NCBI RefSeq assembly: GCF_900199515.1
Contig: NZ_LT963433.1
Location: 180,001-212,000 of the forward strand
DNA: 32,000 nt
DNA from: Massilicoli timonensis
GTDB taxonomy: Bacteria; Bacillota_I; Bacilli_A; Erysipelotrichales; Erysipelotrichaceae
Reading direction: 5' to 3'
Shown here: positions 17,930 through 27,136 of the stretch, in pieces
How the letters are laid out: every line of letters begins with the position of its first letter
Position numbering within the stretch: position 1 is the first letter of the stretch
Notes under the pieces: generated by a model
Database searches by the model: none
The model's input: the letters and a program-made list of their open reading frames with translations, nothing else
Told to the model about the DNA's origin: nothing
Made by a program: the position numbers and the translations under genes

Positions 17930-18868
17930 CTATTTGCCCACGTCTTTATGATGCGCTAACACCGTATCGACGATCGCTTCCGCCGTCAAACCGTATTTTT
18001 CTAACAGCGCTTTCGGCGTACCGCTTTCCCCGAAGGTATCCTGCATGCCGACCATCGCCACTTTACGCGGTGCATGTTTGACCAACACCTCGGCAACCGC
18101 ACTGCCTAAACCACCATACACCGTATGCTCCTCACATGTTACAAATAATTCATGATCATTTGCCAGTTCGATCAGCAGTTCTTCATCGATCGGCTTGATG
18201 CTGTACATATCGACTACGCTCGCATCAATGTCATGCGCTTTTAATAATGCGGCAGCCCGCAGCGCTTCCTGCACCATCATCCCGCATGCCACAAGCGCAA
18301 CCTTCTTGCCTTTCTTTAAGACATTTCCTTTGCCTAATGCAAACACCGCGTCCTCACCATACACATCATCGACACCGGAGCGTCCCAAACGCACATAACA
18401 AGGACCGTTGTAATCATATACGCGATAAAGCAAAGCCTTGGTCGCCGCCGCATCGCATGGTACGACCACGCACATGCCCGGGATCGCCCGCATCAATGCC
18501 AAATCTTCGATCATCTGATGGCTTGCCCCATCTTCTCCGACCGTAATGCCCGCATGGGTTGCGCAGATCTTGACATTCAGATGCGGATAGCCGATCGAAT
18601 TGCGGATCTGCTCATAAGCACGTCCGGCCGCAAACATCGCAAAAGAGCTTGCGAAAACGGTATTGCCGCTCGCCGCCAAACCGGCTGCTACTCCCATCAT
18701 ATTGCCTTCCGCAATTCCCATGTTAAAATGCTGAGCAGGACGCACTGCTCTTGCCTCGCTGGTCTTTGTCGAACCGCTTAGATCTGCGTCCAATACCACA
18801 ACATGATCATCTTTTTCAATGATTTCTGCCAATGCTTTTCCATATGCTTCTCTTGTTGCTAATCCCAT
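17930..18868 (-). CDS. Transketolase, C-terminal (pyrimidine-binding) subunit
   Basis: 312 aa. Sequence REAYGKAL..., FNMGIAEGNMMGVAAGLA and the C-terminal domain match the split transketolase B subunit. Confidence 0.9.
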   Translation of the reverse strand: MGLATREAYGKALAEIIEKDDHVVVLDADLSGSTKTSEARAVRPAQHFNMGIAEGNMMGVAAGLAASGNTVFASSFAMFAAGRAYEQIRNSIGYPHLNVKICATHAGITVGEDGASHQMIEDLALMRAIPGMCVVVPCDAAATKALLYRVYDYNGPCYVRLGRSGVDDVYGEDAVFALGKGNVLKKGKKVALVACGMMVQEALRAAALLKAHDIDASVVDMYSIKPIDEELLIELANDHELFVTCEEHTVYGGLGSAVAEVLVKHAPRKVAMVGMQDTFGESGTPKALLEKYGLTAEAIVDTVLAHHKDVGK

Positions 18869-18870
18869 AT

Positions 18871-19707
18871 TTACTCTCCTAACTCAGCAAGCGCCTGGGC
18901 AAGCTGTTCTTCATTTGGGGCAGTGCCGTGCCATTTTGCCTGATTTTCCATAAAGGAAACGCCTTTGCCTTTGATCGTTTTGGCAATGATCACGCTTGGC
19001 TGCCCTTTGACTGCCTTTGCTTTTTCACACGCTTCGATCAGCGCTTCAAAATCATGTCCATCCACGACCTGCACATGCCAGCCGAAAGCCTTGAATTTCT
19101 CATCGATCGGCGTCGGATTCATTACATCGACTACTTTTCCATCGATCTGTAACCCATTATGATCGACAAATGCCAGCAGCTGATCCAGATGATAATGCGC
19201 CGCAGCCATCGCTGCTTCCCAAACCTGTCCTTCCTGCAGCTCACCATCGCCTAATAATGCATACACATGATAAGGCAGACCGTGCAGCTTGTTGGACAAA
19301 GCCATACCGACCGCTGCGGAAATGCCTTGTCCCAGCGAACCGGTGGACATATCGACTGCCGCGACATCATTCATGTTAGGATGACCCTGCAAATCAGAAT
19401 TGATCTTGCGGAAGGTTTCCAGTTCCTTTTCGGGAATCAATCCTTTTTCTGCCAGCACTGCATACAGCGCCGGTGTTACATGTCCCTTTGATAAAACAAA
19501 GCGGTCCCGTTCCAAACTGTTTACATTTTCATTTGAAATGTCCATCTGGGTAAAATAGATCGTCGTCAAGATTTCCACTGCTGACAAAGATCCACCCGGA
19601 TGTCCGCTTTTTGCGCCGGCAACCGTTTTGACGATGTTTCTGCGAATATGCTTCGCATGTGCCTGCAATTCTTTGATTTCCATTTTATACCTCCTGATCT
19701 TTTCCAA
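18871..19707 (-). CDS. Transketolase, N-terminal (TPP-binding) subunit
   Basis: 278 aa with [12 protein letters not shown] and GDGELQEG (the TPP GDG motif). It lies directly upstream of the C-terminal subunit. Confidence 0.9.
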   Translation of the reverse strand: MEKIRRYKMEIKELQAHAKHIRRNIVKTVAGAKSGHPGGSLSAVEILTTIYFTQMDISNENVNSLERDRFVLSKGHVTPALYAVLAEKGLIPEKELETFRKINSDLQGHPNMNDVAAVDMSTGSLGQGISAAVGMALSNKLHGLPYHVYALLGDGELQEGQVWEAAMAAAHYHLDQLLAFVDHNGLQIDGKVVDVMNPTPIDEKFKAFGWHVQVVDGHDFEALIEACEKAKAVKGQPSVIIAKTIKGKGVSFMENQAKWHGTAPNEEQLAQALAELGE

Positions 19708-19724
19708 CTCTAACTCTGTATGTG

Positions 19725-19752
19725 ATTATAGCACAAAAAAAATGACTGTAAC
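19725..19752 (-). promoter_or_regulatory. Candidate promoter of the transketolase operon (GTTACA-16-TGcTATAAT)
   Basis: On the minus strand, -10 TATAAT (19725-19730) with an extended TG, and -35 GTTACA (19747-19752). Confidence 0.45.
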
Positions 19753-19765
19753 AGATGACAGTCAT
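19734..19765 (-). terminator. Rho-independent terminator (downstream of rluA-family gene region)
   Basis: ATGACTGT (19742-19749) pairs with ACAGTCAT (19758-19765). On the minus strand a run of 8 T follows. Confidence 0.65.
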
Positions 19766-19957
19766 ACAAAAAACAATTCCCTTGCTTTCTCAACACTTTA
19801 TTTTTTTCTTTGTCAGCGCTTTTTCTTTACCGATCCTTCTCTTTCACAGTGAAAAAATGTTCCTGCCCGCTTTCTTTGGCAAAACGAATGAAAGGATCGT
19901 TCTCTTTATAAAAAGCAGCCAATGCAGCCCCTTCAGGCTAACGGATGTCATCCTGTT

Positions 19958-20917
19958 TCAGGAAGACAAGCGGTCATACAGATCATCGATCTCACAATGT
20001 GGAAGCGTGATCGTCTGATCGGACAGATATGCAAGCGGTGCGAAGAGCGGATCATCATGCAGCGATAAAAAGGCAATTTGATAAGAGCATAACGCCTGAT
20101 AAGGATAACGGTGTTTTTTCGCCCCGTATTTGACATCTCCCAATAATGGATGCTGATAATACGCAAAAGCAGCACGGATCTGATGGGATCTGCCGCTGTG
20201 CAGTTCCACCTCCAACAGTGAATAACGGCCATTGCTTTGCAGTTCGCGATAGCTTGTCCGGGTCATTTTAGCGCCTTCTACGGCTTCAGCGGAAAGTGTC
20301 GCTTTATTGATCTCTTTTTGTTTTTGATGATACAGTACCAGCGTATCTTCCGGTTTCATCCTGCCCTCGATGATACAATGATAAAACTTACGCAGCCGAT
20401 GACGACGAATGATCTCATTCAGTGCCCGTAAAGACGCCGCATCTTTGGCAGCCAGTACAATGCCCTGGGTATTGCGGTCGATCCGATTGGCCAAAGCGGG
20501 GCGAAAGCTTTGTTCCGCCTGCGGATCATAAACCTTTTTTTCATAAAGATAGCGCCATAAACGCTGGATCAAGGTATCTTCATCTGCTTTGCTTTCGCTG
20601 TGACATAAAACACCGCTCGCTTTATTCAATACGATGATGTGCGAATCTTCATAAACGATCTGTTTATCATCAAGAGGCTGGGCGTTCAAAAAGTCATAGT
20701 TCTTTGTTTCTTCCAGCACATCCGGCGGCAAAAACAGCTGTACGACATCACCGATCTGTAAACGCTGCGCCGCTTCACAGCGTTTGCGGTTCACTTTGAT
20801 CTTTTTATTGCGGATGGATTTATAAAGCAAGCTTTTCGGCAGTTTCTCCATGCTTTTTAATAAAAATTTATCCAAACGCTGATCTGCGTCATTTGCGGTA
20901 ATGATCAATTCTTTCAT
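19958..20917 (-). CDS. RluA-family 23S rRNA/tRNA pseudouridine synthase with N-terminal S4 domain
   Basis: 319 aa. It carries an S4-like N-terminus (RLDKFL..), the catalytic motif NRIDRNTQG (HRLD-type) and SGRSHQIR. Confidence 0.85.
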   Translation of the reverse strand: MKELIITANDADQRLDKFLLKSMEKLPKSLLYKSIRNKKIKVNRKRCEAAQRLQIGDVVQLFLPPDVLEETKNYDFLNAQPLDDKQIVYEDSHIIVLNKASGVLCHSESKADEDTLIQRLWRYLYEKKVYDPQAEQSFRPALANRIDRNTQGIVLAAKDAASLRALNEIIRRHRLRKFYHCIIEGRMKPEDTLVLYHQKQKEINKATLSAEAVEGAKMTRTSYRELQSNGRYSLLEVELHSGRSHQIRAAFAYYQHPLLGDVKYGAKKHRYPYQALCSYQIAFLSLHDDPLFAPLAYLSDQTITLPHCEIDDLYDRLSS

Positions 20918-21094
20918 AGCACACCTCTTATCTGCCCTTTTGCTTTTTTCTCGTTCTCATTTCTTATACTTATTTATCATACTCTGCAAAAAAAGGCAAT
21001 AAAGAAAACGCTGCCGCATCATTGTTCAAACGGTGAGCCGCTTCCCAATCCTATTAAAAAAACAATGATGACATGACAGATCTTGCGATGGGTT

Positions 21095-21123
21095 CTGACA
21101 GAAGCCGGAAAATGTGTTAGAAT
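21095..21123 (+). promoter_or_regulatory. Candidate promoter (CTGACA-17-TGtTAGAAT) ending 6 nt before the helicase ATG
   Basis: -35 CTGACA (21095-21100), a 17-nt spacer, then an extended -10 TGTTAGAAT (hexamer 21118-21123). The ATG is at 21130 and there is no Shine-Dalgarno in between. Confidence 0.4.
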
Positions 21124-21129
21124 AAAGCC

Positions 21130-23514
21130 ATGTTTAAGATCACTTGTTCCGTCAGGACACTGGTTGAGTTTGTATATTTGTGCGGCGATCTCGTTCGTCC
21201 TTTTCATGATGTGCAAAGAGCACAGGAAGGGGCCAAGATCCATCGCTTATTGCAAAGAAGCAGCAAAGACCATTATGAAGCAGAAGTCGCATTTCGTCAT
21301 ACGACGATCTTAGACGACATCTGCTTTGAGGTGGAAGGCAGGGCTGATGGTGTCATTCATCGAAATGATGAGATCATCATTGATGAGATCAAAACGACAG
21401 ATGTGCCTTATGATGAAATTATGGAAGACGGGATGCCGGTACACTGGGCACAGGCAAAATGCTATGCCTATTTTTACTGTGTCAAGCATCCGCGCGATAC
21501 GATTTTGATCTCTTTGACTTATTATCAAATGGCAGAAGCGCGCACCAAGATATTTGAGAAAGCTTTTACGTTTGCGCAGCTGGAAACTTTTTACTTTGAT
21601 TTATTAAAGCAATATCAAAAATGGGCGCTGTTTGCGAAGCAGCATAAGCAGGCGCGGCAGATTTCGATCAAAACGCTGACATTTCCTTTTGCGCAGTATC
21701 GAAGCGGACAGCGTGATCTGGCGGTTGCGGCCTACAAGACCATCCTAGATCAAAAAGTGCTGTTTGCTCAAGCGCCGACCGGGATCGGCAAGACCATTTC
21801 TACGCTGTTTCCTGCTGTGAAAGCACTGGGAGAGGATAAGGCAGACCGTATTTTTTATGTAAGCGCCAAGACGCTTACGCAAAAGGTCGCAGTGGATGCC
21901 TTGGATAAGATGCGCACACAGGGATTACAGATCAAAAGCGTCGTGATCGCTGCCAAAGACAAGTGCTGTCTGATGGAGGAAAAAAACTGTGATCCTGAAA
22001 TCTGTCCTTATGCGAAAGGCTATTATGATCGTTTGCATGAAGCGATGTATGCGCTATTGACACAGTCGGATCACTATGAATTAGAAGGCTTGCGCGCCTT
22101 TGGCAAAGCATGGCAGTTATGTCCTTTTGAACTGTCGCTGGATCTATCGCTTTATTGCGATGTCATCATCGGTGATTATAATTATGTATTTGATCCGCAG
22201 GTTTATTTGAAACGCTTTTTTCAAGAACAAAAGGAGCGGATCGTGCTGCTGGTGGATGAAGCGCATAATTTGGTCGATCGTGCCCGGATGATGTTTACCA
22301 AACGTCTTAGCAAAAAAATGATACAGAGCGCTTATGCGTCTGTCCCAAAAGCAAAGCGCAAACTGCGCAAAGCACTTGCTTTATGCAAAGAGGAAATGGA
22401 ACAACTGGAACAGGAACAGGAAGGCCGCTTTCATAGCGAATGGGAAATAAGGGAAAGCTTGCAGGCGAGCTATGAAGCGGTAATCGAACCGGGGGAACAC
22501 TATTTGAAGGAAACGCCGTTGGCAAATGATGACGCTTTTACAACACTTTACTTTGAACTGCTGGCATTTAAGCGGATACAGGAACTGGCAGATGATCATT
22601 TCATCTATCTCAGTGAAAAAGAAGACGATGATTTTATTTATGAGATCTTTTGTCTGGATCCTTCTTCTCTGTTGAAAAAGCGCATGGATGAAGTATGTGC
22701 GACGATCTTGTTTTCCGCAACGCTGACACCGGTTTCTTATTTCGAGCAGTTGTTGGTCGGGCATAATGAAAACCGCAAGCTGATGCTGCGCTCCCCTTTC
22801 CCATCCGAACATCTGCACATCGCCATTCAAGACCGTATCTCCACCCGCTATAAAGACCGTTTACACACTTCCGCAGCGATCGCAGAACTGATTTTCAGCG
22901 CCATTTCTATGAAAACCGGCAACTATATGGTCTTTTTTCCAAGTTATCAGTATTTGCAGATACTGTATGATCTGTTTCGAGAACTCTACCCGCAAATTCC
23001 TCTGTTAAAGCAGGAAAGCGGTATGTCGGAAACGGAAAAAACAGCATTTCTTTCCCGGTTCATGGAAAATCGAGAAAAGACCTTACTGGGCTTTTGTGTG
23101 TTGGGCGGGATGTATGGAGAAGGAATCGATCTACAAAGCGATGCGCTGATCGGCTGTATCATCGTCGGGGTCGGACTTCCACAGGTAAATGAACGGCAGG
23201 AACTGCTGAAAGAATATTTTGATGATACGATGGAGATGGGATTCACCTATGCTTATATCTGCCCCGGTATGAGCAAAGTGTTGCAGGCATGCGGGCGGGT
23301 CATTCGCAGCGAACAGGATCAAGGGTTACTGCTGCTCATCGATGATCGCTATCGCCTGCCGCAGTGGAACGCTTTGCTGCCGGCGCATTACCGTCATTAT
23401 CAGGTCGTTCATTCACCGATTGCCTTGATGAAGCAGTTAAAGCGTTTTTGGGCAGATTCGCAGCTGCCGGCGCATAAACTGGGAACAGAAAAAGAACGGG
23501 GGAATGGAGATTGA
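21130..23514 (+). CDS. PD-(D/E)XK (RecB/Cas4-like) nuclease domain fused to an XPD/DinG-family Fe-S DNA helicase
   Basis: 794 aa. The N-terminus has GRADGV, IIDEIKT and QAKCY (D...ExK...QxxxY nuclease motifs). These are followed by Walker A APTGIGKT, a Cys cluster KCCLMEEKNCDPEICPY ...LCPFE, DEAH (VDEAHNL) and C-terminal helicase motifs (GRVIRSEQD). Confidence 0.8.
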   Translation: MFKITCSVRTLVEFVYLCGDLVRPFHDVQRAQEGAKIHRLLQRSSKDHYEAEVAFRHTTILDDICFEVEGRADGVIHRNDEIIIDEIKTTDVPYDEIMEDGMPVHWAQAKCYAYFYCVKHPRDTILISLTYYQMAEARTKIFEKAFTFAQLETFYFDLLKQYQKWALFAKQHKQARQISIKTLTFPFAQYRSGQRDLAVAAYKTILDQKVLFAQAPTGIGKTISTLFPAVKALGEDKADRIFYVSAKTLTQKVAVDALDKMRTQGLQIKSVVIAAKDKCCLMEEKNCDPEICPYAKGYYDRLHEAMYALLTQSDHYELEGLRAFGKAWQLCPFELSLDLSLYCDVIIGDYNYVFDPQVYLKRFFQEQKERIVLLVDEAHNLVDRARMMFTKRLSKKMIQSAYASVPKAKRKLRKALALCKEEMEQLEQEQEGRFHSEWEIRESLQASYEAVIEPGEHYLKETPLANDDAFTTLYFELLAFKRIQELADDHFIYLSEKEDDDFIYEIFCLDPSSLLKKRMDEVCATILFSATLTPVSYFEQLLVGHNENRKLMLRSPFPSEHLHIAIQDRISTRYKDRLHTSAAIAELIFSAISMKTGNYMVFFPSYQYLQILYDLFRELYPQIPLLKQESGMSETEKTAFLSRFMENREKTLLGFCVLGGMYGEGIDLQSDALIGCIIVGVGLPQVNERQELLKEYFDDTMEMGFTYAYICPGMSKVLQACGRVIRSEQDQGLLLLIDDRYRLPQWNALLPAHYRHYQVVHSPIALMKQLKRFWADSQLPAHKLGTEKERGNGD

Positions 23515-24281
23515 CCTTGGTGCAATGGTTCTTGTTTTTAGGTGGCGGCAGTTCGATCGCCTACTATCTATTTATGAAGATCCGTTATCGTCGAATTGCT
23601 TTTGCGTCTTTCTTTTTGGGATCGGGAATCGCAATGCTGTTTTTTGCGATACTGTGGGACAACGGTGGTGATCAAAACAAGGTATCGGATCTTTGGCAAG
23701 ATGTGATCGGCATTGTTTTCTTAATGGGCATCTTGCTGTTTGTTTTCACACAGGCAATGATCCTTTTCTATGGATTTCATGATGGCAAGAAAAAGGGCGA
23801 CTATATCATGGTGCTGGGAGCAGGATTAAATGGCAGAGAGGTTTCTACGACACTGCGCCTGCGCTTAGATCGGGCAATCGCTTTATATCGGCAATGTCCG
23901 CTTCCCATGATCGTAAGCGGTGGACAGGGAAAGGATGAGGAGCGAAGTGAGGCTGCGGCAATGCGTGATTACTGTATTGCACAGGGTGTGCCTGAGAAAA
24001 TGATCTTAATGGAGGATGTTTCTTGCAGCACAGATGAAAACTTTGCTTTTGTCAAAAGGCTGTTAAACCAACAAACACCGCATGTCCTGCTTGTTACCAA
24101 TCGTTTTCATATGTGCCGGGCGGCCCGGATCGGAGCTTTTCATGGCTTTCGTTGTGAATGCTTTGCATCACCGGTCCATACGGCAACTGCCTTTAATTTT
24201 TATGTCAGGGAGTTTTTTGCTTTGTGGAAAACACTGCTGTGCCATCTTTTTTTCTTGATCTGCAAGAAAAGAAAACGATAA
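23511..24281 (+). CDS. YdcF/DUF218 (ElyC/SanA-like) family membrane-associated protein
   Basis: 256 aa with N-terminal TM helices followed by the DUF218 core (VLGAGLNG...VSGGQG...E..AM). The start is uncertain: TTG 23511, TTG 23517 or GVG-type GTG 23520, downstream of GGAG. Confidence 0.7.
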   Translation: MTLVQWFLFLGGGSSIAYYLFMKIRYRRIAFASFFLGSGIAMLFFAILWDNGGDQNKVSDLWQDVIGIVFLMGILLFVFTQAMILFYGFHDGKKKGDYIMVLGAGLNGREVSTTLRLRLDRAIALYRQCPLPMIVSGGQGKDEERSEAAAMRDYCIAQGVPEKMILMEDVSCSTDENFAFVKRLLNQQTPHVLLVTNRFHMCRAARIGAFHGFRCECFASPVHTATAFNFYVREFFALWKTLLCHLFFLICKKRKR

Positions 24282-24363
24282 GAAGGCTGATCCGACATCC
24301 TGCACGCTGCGACTGTCAAAGGAAAGCCTCATTTTCCTCATTCTCGTATCGTTTTGATAAGAT

Positions 24364-24412
24364 AAAACAGGAGCAAAATGACAGCTCGAATCAGCTGTAT
24401 TGCTCCTGTTTT
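24364..24412. terminator. Long hairpin terminator between convergent ydcF-like and feo genes
   Basis: AAAACAGGAGCA (24364-24375) pairs perfectly with TGCTCCTGTTTT (24401-24412), with an inner CAGCT/AGCTG helix. Confidence 0.6.
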
Positions 24413-24458
24413 GCTTTTGCTTCATCTAATAAACATCGTATCGGATGCGCTGGCTCTT

Positions 24459-24599
24459 TCATTTGGAAAAGCGACAATGTGATGTACAGCAGCCACAGCT
24501 TCCATTACATCCCTGTCGTACTTTTTTATTTTTTCTAATGGATGTGATTGCCGCGATCATGCCAAGCAGCAATAAGCTCAAAACTATAACGGTTGCCAT
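24459..24599 (-). CDS. FeoB-associated Cys-rich small membrane protein
   Basis: 46 aa: MATVIVLSLLLLGMIAAITSIRKNKKVRQGCNGSCGCCTSHCRFSK, one TM helix plus a Cys-rich tail. GGAGG lies 9-10 nt upstream of the ATG at 24599, immediately after feoB. The longer 68-aa track ORF lacks an RBS. Confidence 0.75.
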   Translation of the reverse strand: MATVIVLSLLLLGMIAAITSIRKNKKVRQGCNGSCGCCTSHCRFSK

Positions 24600-24612
24600 T
24601 TTATAAAGCCTC

Positions 24613-26946
24613 CTATCCAAGCCAGCCCATGAAAAGATAAACGATCCATGAAACAAGCCATGCAATCACGCACTGCCCCACCACAACGACCATTGCCCAT
24701 TTCCCGCTCAACTCTCTTTTGATCGAAGCCACTGCCGCAACACATGGTGTGTATAATAAGCAAAATACCAGCAAAGATGCGGCCGCCGCAGATTGGAAGG
24801 TCGCCAGCAGTACATCGGTGCTGCCAAATAAAACCGTTAAAGAGGATACGACACTTTCTTTTGCCAAAAAACCGGCAATCAGCGCCGTTGCAATACGCCA
24901 ATCACCAAATCCCAGCGGTGCAAACAGCGGCGCAAGCATTCCTGCTACATTTGCCAAAATGCTGTCCTGAGAATCATCGACCATGTTAAAGGTCAAATCG
25001 AAATTCTGTAAGAACCAAATAGCGATCGTCGCAAGAAAAATAACGGTAAATGCCCGCTGCAGAAAGTCTTTTGACTTATCCCACAGCAAATGGGCGATAT
25101 TTTTGGCTGCCGGCAGTCGATAATTCGGCAGTTCCATCACAAAAGGTACCGCTTCTCCTTTGAATGTCGTCTTTTTGAATACCAACGCCATGATAATGCC
25201 CATGACGATTCCTAATACATATAGCGCAATCATTACAAGCGCCGCATGTTTTGGAAAAAATACATCGGTAAAAAACGCATAAATCGGCAATTTTGCCGTA
25301 CAGCTCATAAACGGTGTCAAAAGAATGGTAATTTTTCTGTCACGCTGGGAAGGAAGCGTTCTGGTCGCCATGACTCCCGGTACCGTACAACCGAAGCCAA
25401 TGAGCATCGGCACGATACTGCGGCCGGATAATCCCAGTTTACGAAGTAATTTATCCATGATAAATGCTACTCTTGCCATATAACCGCTGTCTTCTAAGAT
25501 CGACAGGAAGAAAAACAAGGTTATGATGATCGGCAGAAAACTAAGTACACCGCCGACACCGCTGAAAATACCGTCAATGATCAAGGCATGTAAAGCTTCA
25601 TTGACCTGTGCACTGTTCATCCACTCATCAACCAATACGGTAAGTGAAGTAATGCCTGTCTCTAATATTTCCTGAAAAAAAGCACCGATCAAGTGAAAGG
25701 TCAGCCAGAAGATCGCCCCCATAATTAAAATGAATAAGGGAATACCGGTATATTTCCCGGTCAAGAAATGATCGATCCTTTTGCTGCGCAGACGTTCTAC
25801 GCTCTCTTTCGGCTTCACGATCGTCGCTTCACATACTGCCAAAATGAAATCAAAGCGCATCTTCGCAACGGCTGCGGAACGATCCAGCTCTGCATCTTTT
25901 TCAATTTGCTGTGTAATTTCTTCTAAAATATGCACTTCATGGTCGCTCAAATGTAACATTTCGATGATCTTGGCATCGCCTTCGATGATCTTTGTAGCCG
26001 CAAAACGAAGCGGTATTGCATGTTCTTGGTGATGGCTTTCAATGAGTTCCATTACGGCGTGAATTCCTCGATGCAGCGGACTGTCCGGTGCACAAAAATC
26101 TTGTTTCATTGGTTTTTCCTGATATTTGGCTACATGGATCGCATGTGCAACCAGTTCATCGACACCCTCGTTTTTTGCCGCTGAAATCGGTACGACCGGA
26201 ACACCTAGTAAATGTTCTAATTCGCTTACTTTTACTGAACCGTCGTTTTTGCGAAGTTCATCCATCATATTTAAGGCGATGACCATAGGAATATCCAGTT
26301 CCAGCAGCTGCATCGTTAAGTACAGGTTACGTTCAATATTAGTGGCATCAATGATATTGATGATGCCTTTGGGTTTCTCTTTTAATAAAAAGGTACGGGT
26401 TACGATTTCTTCACTGCTGTAAGGCGACATGGAATAAATGCCAGGCAGATCGGTAATGGATGTGTGTGGGTGCCCTTTTATTTTTCCGTCTTTTCGATCG
26501 ACGGTTACGCCGGGAAAATTGCCAACATGTTGATTGGCGCCGGTCAATTGATTGAAAAGGGTCGTTTTCCCGCAGTTTTGATTACCAACTAAAGCGAAGG
26601 TAAGCACTTCTTCCTCAGGGAGGGGGTGTTCATGTTTTTTATCATGATATTTCCCGTCCTCACCATAACCAGGATGAATTTTATTAGGCTGTTTCAAGAG
26701 CGATCGCTTTGGTGTATGGGCATATTCTTTTGTTACTTCGATCTGCTTCGCATCATCCATGCGAATCGTCAATTCGTAGTCATGAATCTTTAATTCAATC
26801 GGATCACCCATAGGCGCATATTTTACGATACTTACTTCAATACCCGGAATTAACCCCATATCTAAAAAGTGCTGGCGCAATGATCCGCTGCCTCCAACCG
26901 ATACAATTTGGGCAGACTGTCCGATTGCTAATTCATTTAATCGCAT
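24613..26946 (-). CDS. feoB: Ferrous iron transporter, FeoA-FeoB fusion
   Basis: 777 aa. An N-terminal FeoA SH3-like domain (LNELAIGQSAQIVSV..GDPIELKI) is followed by the FeoB G-domain (LVGNQNCGKTTLFNQLTG, DLPG) and a polytopic membrane domain. Confidence 0.9.
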   Translation of the reverse strand: MRLNELAIGQSAQIVSVGGSGSLRQHFLDMGLIPGIEVSIVKYAPMGDPIELKIHDYELTIRMDDAKQIEVTKEYAHTPKRSLLKQPNKIHPGYGEDGKYHDKKHEHPLPEEEVLTFALVGNQNCGKTTLFNQLTGANQHVGNFPGVTVDRKDGKIKGHPHTSITDLPGIYSMSPYSSEEIVTRTFLLKEKPKGIINIIDATNIERNLYLTMQLLELDIPMVIALNMMDELRKNDGSVKVSELEHLLGVPVVPISAAKNEGVDELVAHAIHVAKYQEKPMKQDFCAPDSPLHRGIHAVMELIESHHQEHAIPLRFAATKIIEGDAKIIEMLHLSDHEVHILEEITQQIEKDAELDRSAAVAKMRFDFILAVCEATIVKPKESVERLRSKRIDHFLTGKYTGIPLFILIMGAIFWLTFHLIGAFFQEILETGITSLTVLVDEWMNSAQVNEALHALIIDGIFSGVGGVLSFLPIIITLFFFLSILEDSGYMARVAFIMDKLLRKLGLSGRSIVPMLIGFGCTVPGVMATRTLPSQRDRKITILLTPFMSCTAKLPIYAFFTDVFFPKHAALVMIALYVLGIVMGIIMALVFKKTTFKGEAVPFVMELPNYRLPAAKNIAHLLWDKSKDFLQRAFTVIFLATIAIWFLQNFDLTFNMVDDSQDSILANVAGMLAPLFAPLGFGDWRIATALIAGFLAKESVVSSLTVLFGSTDVLLATFQSAAAASLLVFCLLYTPCVAAVASIKRELSGKWAMVVVVGQCVIAWLVSWIVYLFMGWLG

Positions 26947-27001
26947 CTGTATTCACCCTCTCTATTTTTGTTAGCGGTTACTAACTAACAACACAGAAAT
27001 T

Positions 27002-27025
27002 ACAGTGTTTCAAGGCTGAAACACT
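27002..27025 (-). terminator. Perfect 9-bp hairpin downstream of the adhesin gene and inside the predicted feoAB leader (terminator or attenuator)
   Basis: CAGTGTTTC (27002-27010), a 6-nt loop, then GAAACACTG (27017-27025). On the minus strand it is followed by UAAUUUCUGUGUUGUU; on the plus strand by CGTTTTT. Confidence 0.45.
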
Positions 27026-27062
27026 GCGTTTTTGATCTGTTGTTTTTATTTTTACAGGGGAA

Positions 27063-27091
27063 ATCATAACAAATAATAGGATTCCATGCAA
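27063..27091 (-). promoter_or_regulatory. Candidate feoAB promoter (TTGCAT-17-TGtTATGAT)
   Basis: On the minus strand, -35 TTGCAT (27086-27091), a 17-nt spacer, then an extended -10 TGTTATGAT (hexamer 27063-27068). This implies a ~110-nt leader. Confidence 0.45.
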
Positions 27092-27136
27092 TAGCTATAC
27101 TGGAATTTGTAATTATTTTACTTTATTTTCTGATTT

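Noticed and set aside
19948-20232. 94-aa minus-strand ORF overlapping the rluA-family gene in another frame, and the plus-strand ORF 19755-20018
   Set aside because: These are alternative-frame or antisense artefacts of the 319-aa pseudouridine synthase ORF and of a T-rich intergenic region. They show no motifs.
24584-24901. 105-aa ORF and the 68-aa extended version of the FeoB-associated protein
   Set aside because: The 105-aa ORF is an out-of-frame overlap of the feoB 3' end. For the small protein, only the internal ATG at 24599 has a GGAGG at correct spacing and yields the canonical 46-aa TM + Cys-rich product.
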